Assembly (NCBI GenBank): GCA_022709695.1
Contig: JAKLII010000003.1
Location: forward strand, 80,124 to 144,123
Source of the DNA: Bacteroidota bacterium
Lineage (GTDB): Bacteria; Bacteroidota; Bacteroidia; Bacteroidales; SKPS01
Direction: 5' to 3'
DNA: 64,000 nt
Made by a program: the position numbers and the translations under genes. The notes beneath the pieces are model-generated. The model ran no database searches and was not told where the DNA came from. It saw only the letters and a program-made list of their open reading frames with translations. Below are positions 1 to 8,298 of the stretch, piece by piece; position 1 is the stretch's first letter; each line of letters begins with the position of its first letter.

Positions 1-165
1 CAGAAAAATGTCTCCATCAACTTCTCGGCCGACTATATGATCAGTCAGCAGATCAACCTCAGGCTTTTCTACGACCAGATCATCACCCGTCCCCACGTAA
101 GCAACCAGTACGACGTAAGCAACACCAACGCCGGCATCAGCATCCGGTTCTCGCTGGCGCAGTAA
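1..165 (+). CDS. 3' end of a CDS entering from upstream; C-terminal strands look like an outer-membrane beta-barrel, possibly the T9SS translocon SprA
   Basis: Frame 1 is open from base 1 to TAA at 163-165 (...NLRLFYDQIITRPHVSNQYDVSNTNAGISIRFSLAQ*). The alternating hydrophobic pattern fits a beta-barrel. The SprA idea rests on memory of similar C-termini and the T9SS context and is unverified. Confidence 0.45.
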   Translation, partial: QKNVSINFSADYMISQQINLRLFYDQIITRPHVSNQYDVSNTNAGISIRFSLAQ

Positions 166-550
166 GAATGTTGAGGAAGTTGAGTTGTTGAGACATTGAG
201 AGGTTTAGTATGTAGTCAGTAGTTCAGAGTCGTTAATTTGTTTAATCAACTCTTTCAGGAAGTGATTCTGCGTAAATCAGCGGGATTTCATCTATCTAAT
301 TTAGGATTTTTTGGCTATGTAATTTTATCACAAGCACTTATTTTCCAGGATTTTGCGGAAAAAATTTTCTCTCGCAGAAAAGCGCTGAAATTTCGCAGAT
401 AGGCGCTGAAAGAAGATTCTGCGGGTTTCAGCGGGCTTTCTGCGGATTTCCGCGAGAAAGAAAAGGAAATTTCAAGCGCTTGAGAATGTTAATTTCGGAA
501 CCTGAAACCTGAAACCAGGAACATTTATTCTGAACCCCTGAATAACCCCT
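166..550. repeat. Gene-less convergent intergenic region made of short tandem word repeats
   Basis: TTGAG x4 at 171-200 with 8-9 bp period. GTAGTYCA x2 at 212-226. C[T/A]GCG and CGC[A/T]G units at 268-282 and 353-454. CCTGAAA x2 at 501-514. CTGAAY and CCCCT words at 530-550. No ORF of 60 aa or more. Confidence 0.8.
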
Positions 551-2308
551 CTAATCGATTTTCACAAACCGTAACCTGCCGGTGCCGGCATTAGTATTGA
601 CCATGATGCTGTACACCCCGGTACTGAGGCCGGAGACATCGATGGTAACGTCGTCATTCTTTACATCCTCCACCCTCTTAGACCTCACCTGCAGACCTGC
701 GGCATTGTAGATGAATACCTCACGGGGTGAGATACCGGAGGGCATTGTGAGGTGAAGGGTGGTGGATGCCGGATTGGGCCGGCAGGTGACGGAGATCGCA
801 GTTTCAGGATCTGTTATCCCGGTAAGAGTATTTAACAGGAGGGTGACATTTGATACTGAGGTGACTGTAGGTGTAAAGTCAACCAATGCCGGAACCGCTT
901 CCAGGCCTGGCACTTCTGCCACCAGTTTGTACGTTCCATACGGCAGCTGCTGCAGACTCCAGTTCCCTGCAGAATCGGCAAAAGTGAAATGCAATACGCT
1001 GTTGCCGGCGGGATCCAGGAGCAATACCAGCGCCCCGGGATAGGGAATTCCGGCATTGAGCCTTACGGTACCTCCAACTGCACACAAACCTGTTTTGGTA
1101 CCTATTTTCTCCACCAGTTTGATATCCAGATTTCCGGTGTCGCTGTTCAGCACAATCTGGGCGGCTTCTTTCCAGAAAACGGTATTTCCGCTGTAGGAAG
1201 GCACATAATCAGCGCTTTGTGGATTTGAATAATCAGGGAAAGATCTGAGCAGGTAGGTATGGTCAATGCGCTGTGCAAAGAAGTACAGCCCGATACCGGT
1301 AAGGGAGATTTCATCCAGCACGGCAAATCCTGCGGGGGTATGCACCGGGTTGATCAGCTGTACCCTGCCGCTGTCGGCAGGCATCGGACCGGCAAATATC
1401 TGACCCCACAGGTTGTAGTATTCCGGAACAACCACCGTCTTGCAAAGCGAATCGTGCAGCCCTCCCGCAAAACCCACCATCAGGCAGGCCAGGTAGCTGC
1501 CCGACTGCTGATACTGATGGGATGGATTCGCAATCTGTGCCTGCTGACCGTCGCCAAAGCCCCAAAGGTAATGGTTCAGGGGGATGTTGGCCGCCGATTC
1601 ATCCGTAAAGTGTACCATCCTCGGAGTCAGGGCAAAGGAATCGAGTTGGGCTGAAAAGGCAGCCTGAATCGTCACCCCCTGGGTAATGCTGATCACCTGG
1701 CAGGCTGTATGCAGGCAGGCTGTTACCGAATCAGTGATGGTAAGGCATACCAGATAGGCTCCGGGGGCAACATATTGTTTTACAGGGTTCTGCACAACCG
1801 AGGTGGTGCCATCGCCAAAACTCCAGAAAAAGCCGGTAGGGTTACCAGTACTGGTATTGGTGAAACTGATAATGAAGGGGTTAGCGGTATCTGGCTGAAA
1901 AGTAAATCCGGCGGTACAGTTGCCGGGCATCACAGAATGGCAGATGCCCAGGTAGAGAAACAGGGTATCGTGACCGTTCACCCGTAAAGAATCATACACT
2001 ACAAGGGTGTCGTTCTTGCAATCGGTGAGTTTAAAAGTGTAGATATACCAGAGCGAGTCGGTAAGGTTGAAAGGTTGGGTAATCACCTCGCCGGTGGGTC
2101 CGGAAACCAGGGTTTGCTGATGAATCTGCTGCGCCGGGGTTATGCTTTTCAGCTCAAACCACACATTTTTGCCGGATACCCCAGAAAAGGTAACCATATC
2201 GTACACCACCCCCACAAATTGTATCACCCCACCCCGTCCGGCGCCGGGAATCAGCAGCAGAAAACCCATCGCTATCACCCACAGGGTATTTTTATATAAG
2301 GTCTTCAT
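551..2308 (-). CDS. T9SS-secreted surface protein with two PKD domains, a carboxypeptidase-regulatory-like beta-sandwich and a C-terminal T9SS sorting domain
   Basis: 585-aa ORF with an N-terminal signal peptide (MKTLYKNTLWVIAMGFLLLIPGAG). Two PKD signatures (WSFGDGTTS, WGFGDGQQA). C-terminus PNPASTTLHL...GVYSIMVNTNAGTGRLRFVKID resembles a type A T9SS CTD. Confidence 0.85.
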   Translation of the reverse strand: MKTLYKNTLWVIAMGFLLLIPGAGRGGVIQFVGVVYDMVTFSGVSGKNVWFELKSITPAQQIHQQTLVSGPTGEVITQPFNLTDSLWYIYTFKLTDCKNDTLVVYDSLRVNGHDTLFLYLGICHSVMPGNCTAGFTFQPDTANPFIISFTNTSTGNPTGFFWSFGDGTTSVVQNPVKQYVAPGAYLVCLTITDSVTACLHTACQVISITQGVTIQAAFSAQLDSFALTPRMVHFTDESAANIPLNHYLWGFGDGQQAQIANPSHQYQQSGSYLACLMVGFAGGLHDSLCKTVVVPEYYNLWGQIFAGPMPADSGRVQLINPVHTPAGFAVLDEISLTGIGLYFFAQRIDHTYLLRSFPDYSNPQSADYVPSYSGNTVFWKEAAQIVLNSDTGNLDIKLVEKIGTKTGLCAVGGTVRLNAGIPYPGALVLLLDPAGNSVLHFTFADSAGNWSLQQLPYGTYKLVAEVPGLEAVPALVDFTPTVTSVSNVTLLLNTLTGITDPETAISVTCRPNPASTTLHLTMPSGISPREVFIYNAAGLQVRSKRVEDVKNDDVTIDVSGLSTGVYSIMVNTNAGTGRLRFVKID

Positions 2309-2329
2309 CTTAAGTTGTTTTCCTGTTCA

Positions 2330-3778
2330 TTATTGTAACCGGATTCCGATACTCCCACCCAGATGGAAGGTAAAGGGTTTTATCCTGTTTTCAGTGTTTT
2401 TATAGATGCTTTGAACCGGCTGTCCCACATTTACCGACATGCCGGCATACCATTGGTTATTCAGGTCGTACCTTGCCTGCACACCTGCCTGAAAATACCA
2501 CAGTTGTTCTCTTCGTTGCCAGGCCAGGTTTTCTATGGCCGTGATCCGGGTCCCTTCCGGATATACCGGTATTTTGCGGTCTTCATCCAGCAACCTGAGG
2601 TACACCATACCGCCCTGCAGGGCAAGAGAAAACGGGGGGTTCTGGATGATTTCACATCCTGCCATGATGGGTACCTGCAGCCAGGTGTAGCGTGTATTGA
2701 GTGTTTTATCCTCACTGAGCCGTGCCGTGTCCACTGCCACATGGGTTTTGGTGGTGATGTTCACCGGGGTATAGCCTATCACCGTGGTATGGGTTGAATC
2801 AAATACCGGTTGAAACAGCACGCTGGTGACGTAAGGGTACAATCCTACCGTGTCGATACGTTCCAGGGTCAGGCGAGAAGGGTTTCTGTCGGTGAAGCTG
2901 CTGATGCCTGCCCCTGCCGAGAGGAAGAACCGGTTGTACCCGATTTTTCCGATGAGGGCTCCTTCGCCGGCACTGCGGATCCGTTCGGTATAGGGGCTGT
3001 GATCTTCGTACAGCACAGGGCCGGCCAGCAGGGCAGCAAAAAAGTGCAACGGTTTGGCGGATAGGGGAAGTTTTGTACGGGATGGGGGGGCCGCACCCAG
3101 GTTTGCACGGTTCTGCGCAGAAGTATCCTGTCGATTCGCAGTATCCCGGTATTCCTTCTTTGGCGTGATATTTTGAACGGTATCCGGTTTTGCGGGTGGC
3201 ATTTCCGGTTCTTTGCCAGCTATCAGGATTTCTGTTTCCTGCGGTGCTTCCGGTTCTTTGTTTTCAGGATTCCTTGATGCTGTTTCAGGTTTATCCTGAT
3301 TTGCCTGTATGCTTACCGGCACCATTGCGTCATCGGCTTTTGCGGTTACCGTTTGCTTGGGTTTTAGGGCTGACTGATCCGGTAAAATGTTTGAAACAAT
3401 GTCGTTGACAATCGTGGTTTGGGGTTTTGTGGTCTGTTTTTCAGCAACTTGTATTTCAGAAGTTACAGGTTGTTTGTTTACGGTTGATATTTGGGTTGAA
3501 GGTGCATAGTTGGTTACACGAATATCATGTTTCGGCGTATTCTGAGGAGTAGTGTCGGGTTGGTGATTCATAAAAAACCAGAGCAGCCATACGGAAGCGG
3601 GCAGCAGTATCACTCCTGCAAGGGTTATCCACCCCAGGGGTTTCCGTTTTCTTTGCGGTTTGTTGGTATCCGGCGGGAATAGCGCGGATCCTGCAATGCC
3701 CTCCCAGATTCGCGGGGGCGGATCCTTCCGGTGGTGCGTCAGCCCCTCCCGGAACCTCTTGTCAATTTGTTCTTCCAT
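2330..3778 (-). CDS. Anti-sigma-like membrane protein: short cytoplasmic N-terminus, one TM helix, long P/T/Q/K-rich linker, C-terminal beta-barrel-like domain
   Basis: Lies directly downstream of the ECF sigma gene. The N-terminus MEEQIDKRFREGLTHHRKDPPPRIWEGI is followed by TM segment WITLAGVILLPASVWLLWFFM. A low-complexity stretch of about 150-200 aa follows. The last ~240 aa show an alternating beta-strand pattern ending HLGGSIGIRLQ. The ORF track start at 3823 would overlap sigma by 35 nt, so I prefer the ATG at 3778. Confidence 0.7.
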   Translation of the reverse strand: MEEQIDKRFREGLTHHRKDPPPRIWEGIAGSALFPPDTNKPQRKRKPLGWITLAGVILLPASVWLLWFFMNHQPDTTPQNTPKHDIRVTNYAPSTQISTVNKQPVTSEIQVAEKQTTKPQTTIVNDIVSNILPDQSALKPKQTVTAKADDAMVPVSIQANQDKPETASRNPENKEPEAPQETEILIAGKEPEMPPAKPDTVQNITPKKEYRDTANRQDTSAQNRANLGAAPPSRTKLPLSAKPLHFFAALLAGPVLYEDHSPYTERIRSAGEGALIGKIGYNRFFLSAGAGISSFTDRNPSRLTLERIDTVGLYPYVTSVLFQPVFDSTHTTVIGYTPVNITTKTHVAVDTARLSEDKTLNTRYTWLQVPIMAGCEIIQNPPFSLALQGGMVYLRLLDEDRKIPVYPEGTRITAIENLAWQRREQLWYFQAGVQARYDLNNQWYAGMSVNVGQPVQSIYKNTENRIKPFTFHLGGSIGIRLQ

Positions 3779-3788
3779 GTCCGTTTTT

Positions 3789-4370
3789 TCAACCCTGATT
3801 TTGAACAACTTTTTCTTTTTCAACCGGGGCCTGGTGCTCCATGCTGCCTATTTTCCCCATCAGTTGCGCTCTGGCCCTCAGCAATTGCGATCGTGAAGTG
3901 CCTTCGGTACATCCCAGCATCTCCGCGATCTCTTTATGGCTATACCCTTCGATGGCATACAGGTTGAAAACCATCCGGTACCCATCCGGCAATGTTTTCA
4001 ACAGATCCATCATCTCATCCGCACTCATTTTCGACAGAACATCCGCATTTTCAGCATATTTAATCCCCGGCACATACGAAAGGTCTGTTTCCTGTTTTTC
4101 AAACCGGTAATACTTTTTGAAATGGTTGATGGCCGAGGTGACGAAAACCCTTCTGAGCCATCCCTGAAATGAGCCTGCACCGGTAAAAGTACCGATGGTT
4201 TCAAAAGCCCTGATGAAACCCTCCTGCATCACATCTTCTGCTGTCATGACATTACGGGTATAACGCAGGCAAACGACCCACATCTCAGGAGCAAAATGTT
4301 TGTAAAATTGCTCCATAAGATGCGGGTCGCGCTCGATACAACCCCTGATCAGATCAGCCTGGGATGGCAT
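3789..4370 (-). CDS. RNA polymerase sigma-70 factor, ECF subfamily
   Basis: 193 aa. A region 2-like segment (FYKHFAPEMWVVCLRYTRNVMTAEDVMQEGFIRAF) and a region 4 helix-turn-helix (EGYSHKEIAEMLGCTEGTSRSQLLRARAQL) are present. Confidence 0.9.
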   Translation of the reverse strand: MPSQADLIRGCIERDPHLMEQFYKHFAPEMWVVCLRYTRNVMTAEDVMQEGFIRAFETIGTFTGAGSFQGWLRRVFVTSAINHFKKYYRFEKQETDLSYVPGIKYAENADVLSKMSADEMMDLLKTLPDGYRMVFNLYAIEGYSHKEIAEMLGCTEGTSRSQLLRARAQLMGKIGSMEHQAPVEKEKVVQNQG

Positions 4371-4387
4371 TCATCAGAGGCTTCTGG

Positions 4388-6241
4388 TTAGTTTTGCCGG
4401 ATAAGTTTACGGGTGGTTTTCCAACCGTTATCCCCTTCAAGATTGATCAGATACAAGCCCTCCGGTAAGTGCTTAACCGGAATTTCCAGTTGTGTATAAC
4501 CCACCGGTAATATGTGGCTTTCATTCCACAGGGTTCTGCCGGTAAGATCTGTAAGGGTGATGGCCAGGTTCATGCCCGAGGTGAGGGTTACTGGAACCAG
4601 GCAAATATGAGTGGCAGGATTGGGATGGAGTTGTCCAATGGTGGCCGGGTCAGCACCGGATTGGGTTTCGATACCGGAGATCACCTGGCTGCCAACCACA
4701 ATTTTAATTCCGTCGGTACTTGGATGGGTTGCATCGATGGTAACAACGGTGGGATGGGTGGTTTTATTCAGCATTTCTGCATACACCTTGTAGGTACCGT
4801 AAGGAATATTGCTGAAACCGAAGGCGCCCTGTGCGTCGGAATACTTCACTGCCACCGGTTTATCACCATTGTTTACATCCAGCAGCATCACCTGAACTCC
4901 GGCAATGGGATCACCGGGACCCTTGTTGGCGCCCTGGGAGATGAGTCCGCCGATAAATCCCGGGCCACCGGGATTCACACCTGCTATGTAGCTGATATTG
5001 GCCTGTGCATAGCTATTGGCTGGCACATTCACCGTGGTTGCCTGGTTCCAGAACAGTGCTGAGGTGTGGTATGTAGGCATGTTGGCAGCGTAATTGGGGT
5101 TAACCGGCAGCATAGCCGCTTTTACCAGATAATTACCCGGCTGGAGGTTGGGGAAATAATAGGATGTAACCCCTGCTGAATCGTTACTATAGGTGGTATC
5201 TATCGCTGTAAGCGTTCCCAGAAGGGTGTTATGCTGGATAAGATAGACCTCTGAAGCACCTGCTGCTCCTGAGCCGGCTGTAAGCATCCCGTAAAGGAAT
5301 CCTGTGGGCTGCGGAGTGCCGCCTGCCGTAACCACGGTACAGAAAGTATCCACACATACCACGCTGGTGGAAGCAATGTCGGTAACCACAATGGTAATAC
5401 AGGCCACATAGGTGCCCGTTTGCGGGTAAGCATGGGTCTGTGGCGTGTAATTGAGGGTAGAAAGTGTAGTGCCATCACCAAAACTCCAGGTATAGGTTGC
5501 TACATAAACGGCCGGCATATACAGGTGACTGGAGGTGTTGGTAAAGGTAACGGCTGTGGTGCCTGCCACCGGAACAGCGGTGAAACCGGCGGTACATCCA
5601 CCCTGCGGATTGTTTGACACCACGATCGTCTGGCAGGAGGTATGGTTGCAGCTTACCCCGTCGGTTATGGTAAGGCAAACCGTGTAGGTGCCGGGTTGGG
5701 CATAGGTATGGCTGGGATTCTGCTGTGTGCTGATGGTGCTGTCGCCAAAACTCCACAGCCATGAGGTGATATTGCTTCCGGTGGAAGGGGCCGACTGATC
5801 AGTGAAGCTTACAACCAAACTGTTGGGATTGGGTGATACCAGAAATGCCGAATTGCAACCCTGTGCTGCAGCACTGTCGCAGATGCTCAGGTTCATTGGC
5901 GGTAAAGGGTTGTTTGGTACATACCACTGGAAATTGTACTGCGGCTGGTTGTTGCAGTCGAGCACCCAGCAATATACCATGGCATTGGTTACACCCTGGG
6001 GTATCGTAACCACATCTGTGAACTGACCGTTGGTTCCGGTATTCACAATGTTGGAATAAAAAAATGGAAGGATGGGCCCCATGGCACTGTCAATCTGAAT
6101 ATGTACCTGTTTCCCTGCCAGGGGTAAAGCATTCAGATTGGTTACCGTGCCCTGTATGGTGAGGGTGGTTTGTGCCTGAATTGCCAGGGTGGCAACCAGC
6201 AGTAAGAACATCAGTGTAAGGGTTCTTTTCATGGTTTTCAT
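4388..6241 (-). CDS. T9SS-secreted surface protein with two PKD domains, a conserved stalk module and a T9SS CTD
   Basis: PKD signatures WSFGDSTIS and WSFGDGTTL. The C-terminal ~270 aa are paralogous to ORF 6475-8298. CTD ends LHPNPATHI...GLYLINLEGDNGWKTTRKLIRQN. The start is moved to ATG 6241 (MKTMKRTLTLMFLLLVATLAIQAQ signal peptide) because a TACCTTTG box sits at 6294-6301, only 10 nt from the ORF-track start at 6283. Confidence 0.85.
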   Translation of the reverse strand: MKTMKRTLTLMFLLLVATLAIQAQTTLTIQGTVTNLNALPLAGKQVHIQIDSAMGPILPFFYSNIVNTGTNGQFTDVVTIPQGVTNAMVYCWVLDCNNQPQYNFQWYVPNNPLPPMNLSICDSAAAQGCNSAFLVSPNPNSLVVSFTDQSAPSTGSNITSWLWSFGDSTISTQQNPSHTYAQPGTYTVCLTITDGVSCNHTSCQTIVVSNNPQGGCTAGFTAVPVAGTTAVTFTNTSSHLYMPAVYVATYTWSFGDGTTLSTLNYTPQTHAYPQTGTYVACITIVVTDIASTSVVCVDTFCTVVTAGGTPQPTGFLYGMLTAGSGAAGASEVYLIQHNTLLGTLTAIDTTYSNDSAGVTSYYFPNLQPGNYLVKAAMLPVNPNYAANMPTYHTSALFWNQATTVNVPANSYAQANISYIAGVNPGGPGFIGGLISQGANKGPGDPIAGVQVMLLDVNNGDKPVAVKYSDAQGAFGFSNIPYGTYKVYAEMLNKTTHPTVVTIDATHPSTDGIKIVVGSQVISGIETQSGADPATIGQLHPNPATHICLVPVTLTSGMNLAITLTDLTGRTLWNESHILPVGYTQLEIPVKHLPEGLYLINLEGDNGWKTTRKLIRQN

Positions 6242-6293
6242 AAAGGTTTTGTTTAGGGTTAAGGATTTCATTCCGGTGATCACGATACTATGA

Positions 6294-6301
6294 CAAAGGT
6301 A
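6294..6301 (-). promoter_or_regulatory. Bacteroidota -7 promoter box (TACCTTTG)
   Basis: Exact match to the TAnnTTTG consensus on the minus strand, about 50 nt upstream of ATG 6241. Confidence 0.35.
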
Positions 6302-6474
6302 TCACCAAAACTGTTGCATCAGGGCAGTAAATAATTTCGCAACCTTCAGATTTTCAATCCATCAAAACTTTATATTCTTCAGTAGAAGTAGAAAATATGT
6401 CAGATATAACCCGACAAATTTTATGGAATTTGTCGATTATAAAAGTCGTGCTAAACCTATTTGTGCTTCCCGGG

Positions 6475-8298
6475 TTAGTCTTGTCTGATGAGTTTGCGGG
6501 TGGTTTTCCATCCGTTTTCACCCCAGAGGGTAATAAGGTATATTCCTTCCGGCAATTGTTTTACGGGGATCTCCAGATTGGCTTTTCCAGCTGATAAGGT
6601 ACGGGTCTCCTCCCTCATCGTTTTGCCGGTAAGATCTGTAATTCTTATATGAAGATCTGATCCGGAACTTTGCCACAGAGAAATCAGGCAAAGATCAGCT
6701 GCGGGATTGGGTTGGAGCTGGCCTACGGTTGGCTGTGTATCCGGGGATCCTGGTTCGATACCGGAGATTACCTGGCTTCCCACCACAATCTTAATTCCGG
6801 TGATGCCCGGATTGGCAGCATCAAGGGTAACCACGTTGGGAAAGGTGGTTTTGCCGGCAATTTCCGTGTACACTTTATAGGTACCCAGGGGAATATTACT
6901 GAAGGTAAAAGCGCCCTGTCCATTGGTATAATTGAATGCCAACGGGTTATCTCCATTGTTTACATCCAGCAACATTACCAGAACTCCTTCCAGGGGATCT
7001 CCGGGACTTTTGTTGGCACCCTGCGAGATCAGCCCTCCGATAAACCCTGGACCCCCAGGATTTGTCCCCGGGATTAAGTTGATATTCGCCTGGGTTGCGT
7101 TACCTGCAACAACCTGAATGGAATTCGCCTGATGCCAGAATAGGGAAGAGGTGTGATAGGAAGGCATAAAATTCAGATATTGCGGATTGGAAGCCACCAT
7201 TGCTGCCTTGATCAGATAGGTGCCCGGTTGCACATTGGAAAACAGGAAATGGGGTATACCAGTATTTCCCGGGGTTATCAGTGTGTCGATGGCAGTGAGG
7301 GTTCCGGCGATGGTATCATGTTCAATCAGGAACACCTCTGCCTGTCCAACTACGGCTCCCGGAATAGTGATATTGCCGTAAATGTTTCCGGCAGGATTCG
7401 GCAATCCGATGATTTGGTTACAGGTGGATTGGCTTGTCATATATATGTTCATGGGATGATACCACACACATAGTGAATTGTTACCTGCAGGGATGGTAAC
7501 CGGGAACAGAAAAGTATACTGAATGGTATCCTGCGGATTAATGGTTCCATGCCATGTCTCTGTGTTTACAACAATGTTGTTGATCCTGCAATCCAGGTGA
7601 ACATTGTTCTGGGGCAAGTTTCCTGTATTGGTGAAGGTGGTTTTTACATGCAGTATCGTTCCACTGGCGGTATCATTCACCGGAAAATCGATCTGCAGGA
7701 GCTTCACTTTGGGTGATGGCGGTACATTGAGTTTGAACTCATCAATGGCCCACCCGTTTGAAGTGCTTGTCTGGTTGGAAAAAAACTTGAACCGGAACCG
7801 TACATCGCTCACGCCATTAAACACCATTGGTTCAAGCGCATAGGATGAATACATCCAACCGGAATTCTGATAATTGAACCTGTGTACCCCTCCAAGCTGT
7901 GTATTGTACCAATTAAAGCCAAAAGGATCATATGTAAAACCCAGGTTTGCCCAGACGAGCCCACCGGATGTGGAATATTGTACCTGACCGTAATCGTTTA
8001 CATCGGCTACTGCCATCCAGTGATAAAAACTCAGTTTTATGGTATCGATAGGGTTAAAAGAAGATAAATCGAACGATGGTGAATAGAGGTAGGTTTCTGC
8101 ATTGTTCGGATAATCGCCATTGAGTACCGTGGCATACACCCCTGTTCCGCTCCAGGGTGTGTCGATAATGGAAGCAGTGGGTGCTCCCTGTTGCCAGATC
8201 GTAGTATCGGTGGTCCAGGCGGGATTTGGAACATCAAAGCCCTCCTGATAGGGGGGTATTATTCCCTGACTGCTTGTGATATCGGAGAAAACGAGCAC
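6475..8298 (-). CDS. T9SS-secreted surface protein with an N-terminal jelly-roll (MAM / choice-of-anchor-like) module, a CARDB-like module, the conserved stalk and a T9SS CTD; the native start appears disrupted
   Basis: 607-aa ORF from GTG 8298. The N-terminal module ends in GWAIDEFKL. The CARDB-like segment reads TTFTNTGNLPQNNVHLDCRINN. The C-terminal ~270 aa are paralogous to ORF 4388-6241. The frame is open upstream to ATG 8337 except for TAA at 8334-8332 (see finding). Confidence 0.75.
   Translation of the reverse strand: MLVFSDITSSQGIIPPYQEGFDVPNPAWTTDTTIWQQGAPTASIIDTPWSGTGVYATVLNGDYPNNAETYLYSPSFDLSSFNPIDTIKLSFYHWMAVADVNDYGQVQYSTSGGLVWANLGFTYDPFGFNWYNTQLGGVHRFNYQNSGWMYSSYALEPMVFNGVSDVRFRFKFFSNQTSTSNGWAIDEFKLNVPPSPKVKLLQIDFPVNDTASGTILHVKTTFTNTGNLPQNNVHLDCRINNIVVNTETWHGTINPQDTIQYTFLFPVTIPAGNNSLCVWYHPMNIYMTSQSTCNQIIGLPNPAGNIYGNITIPGAVVGQAEVFLIEHDTIAGTLTAIDTLITPGNTGIPHFLFSNVQPGTYLIKAAMVASNPQYLNFMPSYHTSSLFWHQANSIQVVAGNATQANINLIPGTNPGGPGFIGGLISQGANKSPGDPLEGVLVMLLDVNNGDNPLAFNYTNGQGAFTFSNIPLGTYKVYTEIAGKTTFPNVVTLDAANPGITGIKIVVGSQVISGIEPGSPDTQPTVGQLQPNPAADLCLISLWQSSGSDLHIRITDLTGKTMREETRTLSAGKANLEIPVKQLPEGIYLITLWGENGWKTTRKLIRQD

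Noticed and set aside
472-483. 12-nt perfect palindrome TCAAGCGCTTGA
   Set aside because: It leaves no loop, so it cannot form a terminator hairpin. Short palindromes of this size occur by chance, and I saw no second copy in the window.
6412-6435. Perfect 9-bp hairpin CGACAAATT-TTATGG-AATTTGTCG about 40 nt downstream of the cargo 3 stop
   Set aside because: The stem is AT-rich and is not followed by a U-tract on either strand, so it is not a convincing intrinsic terminator. It might still be a protein-binding palindrome.
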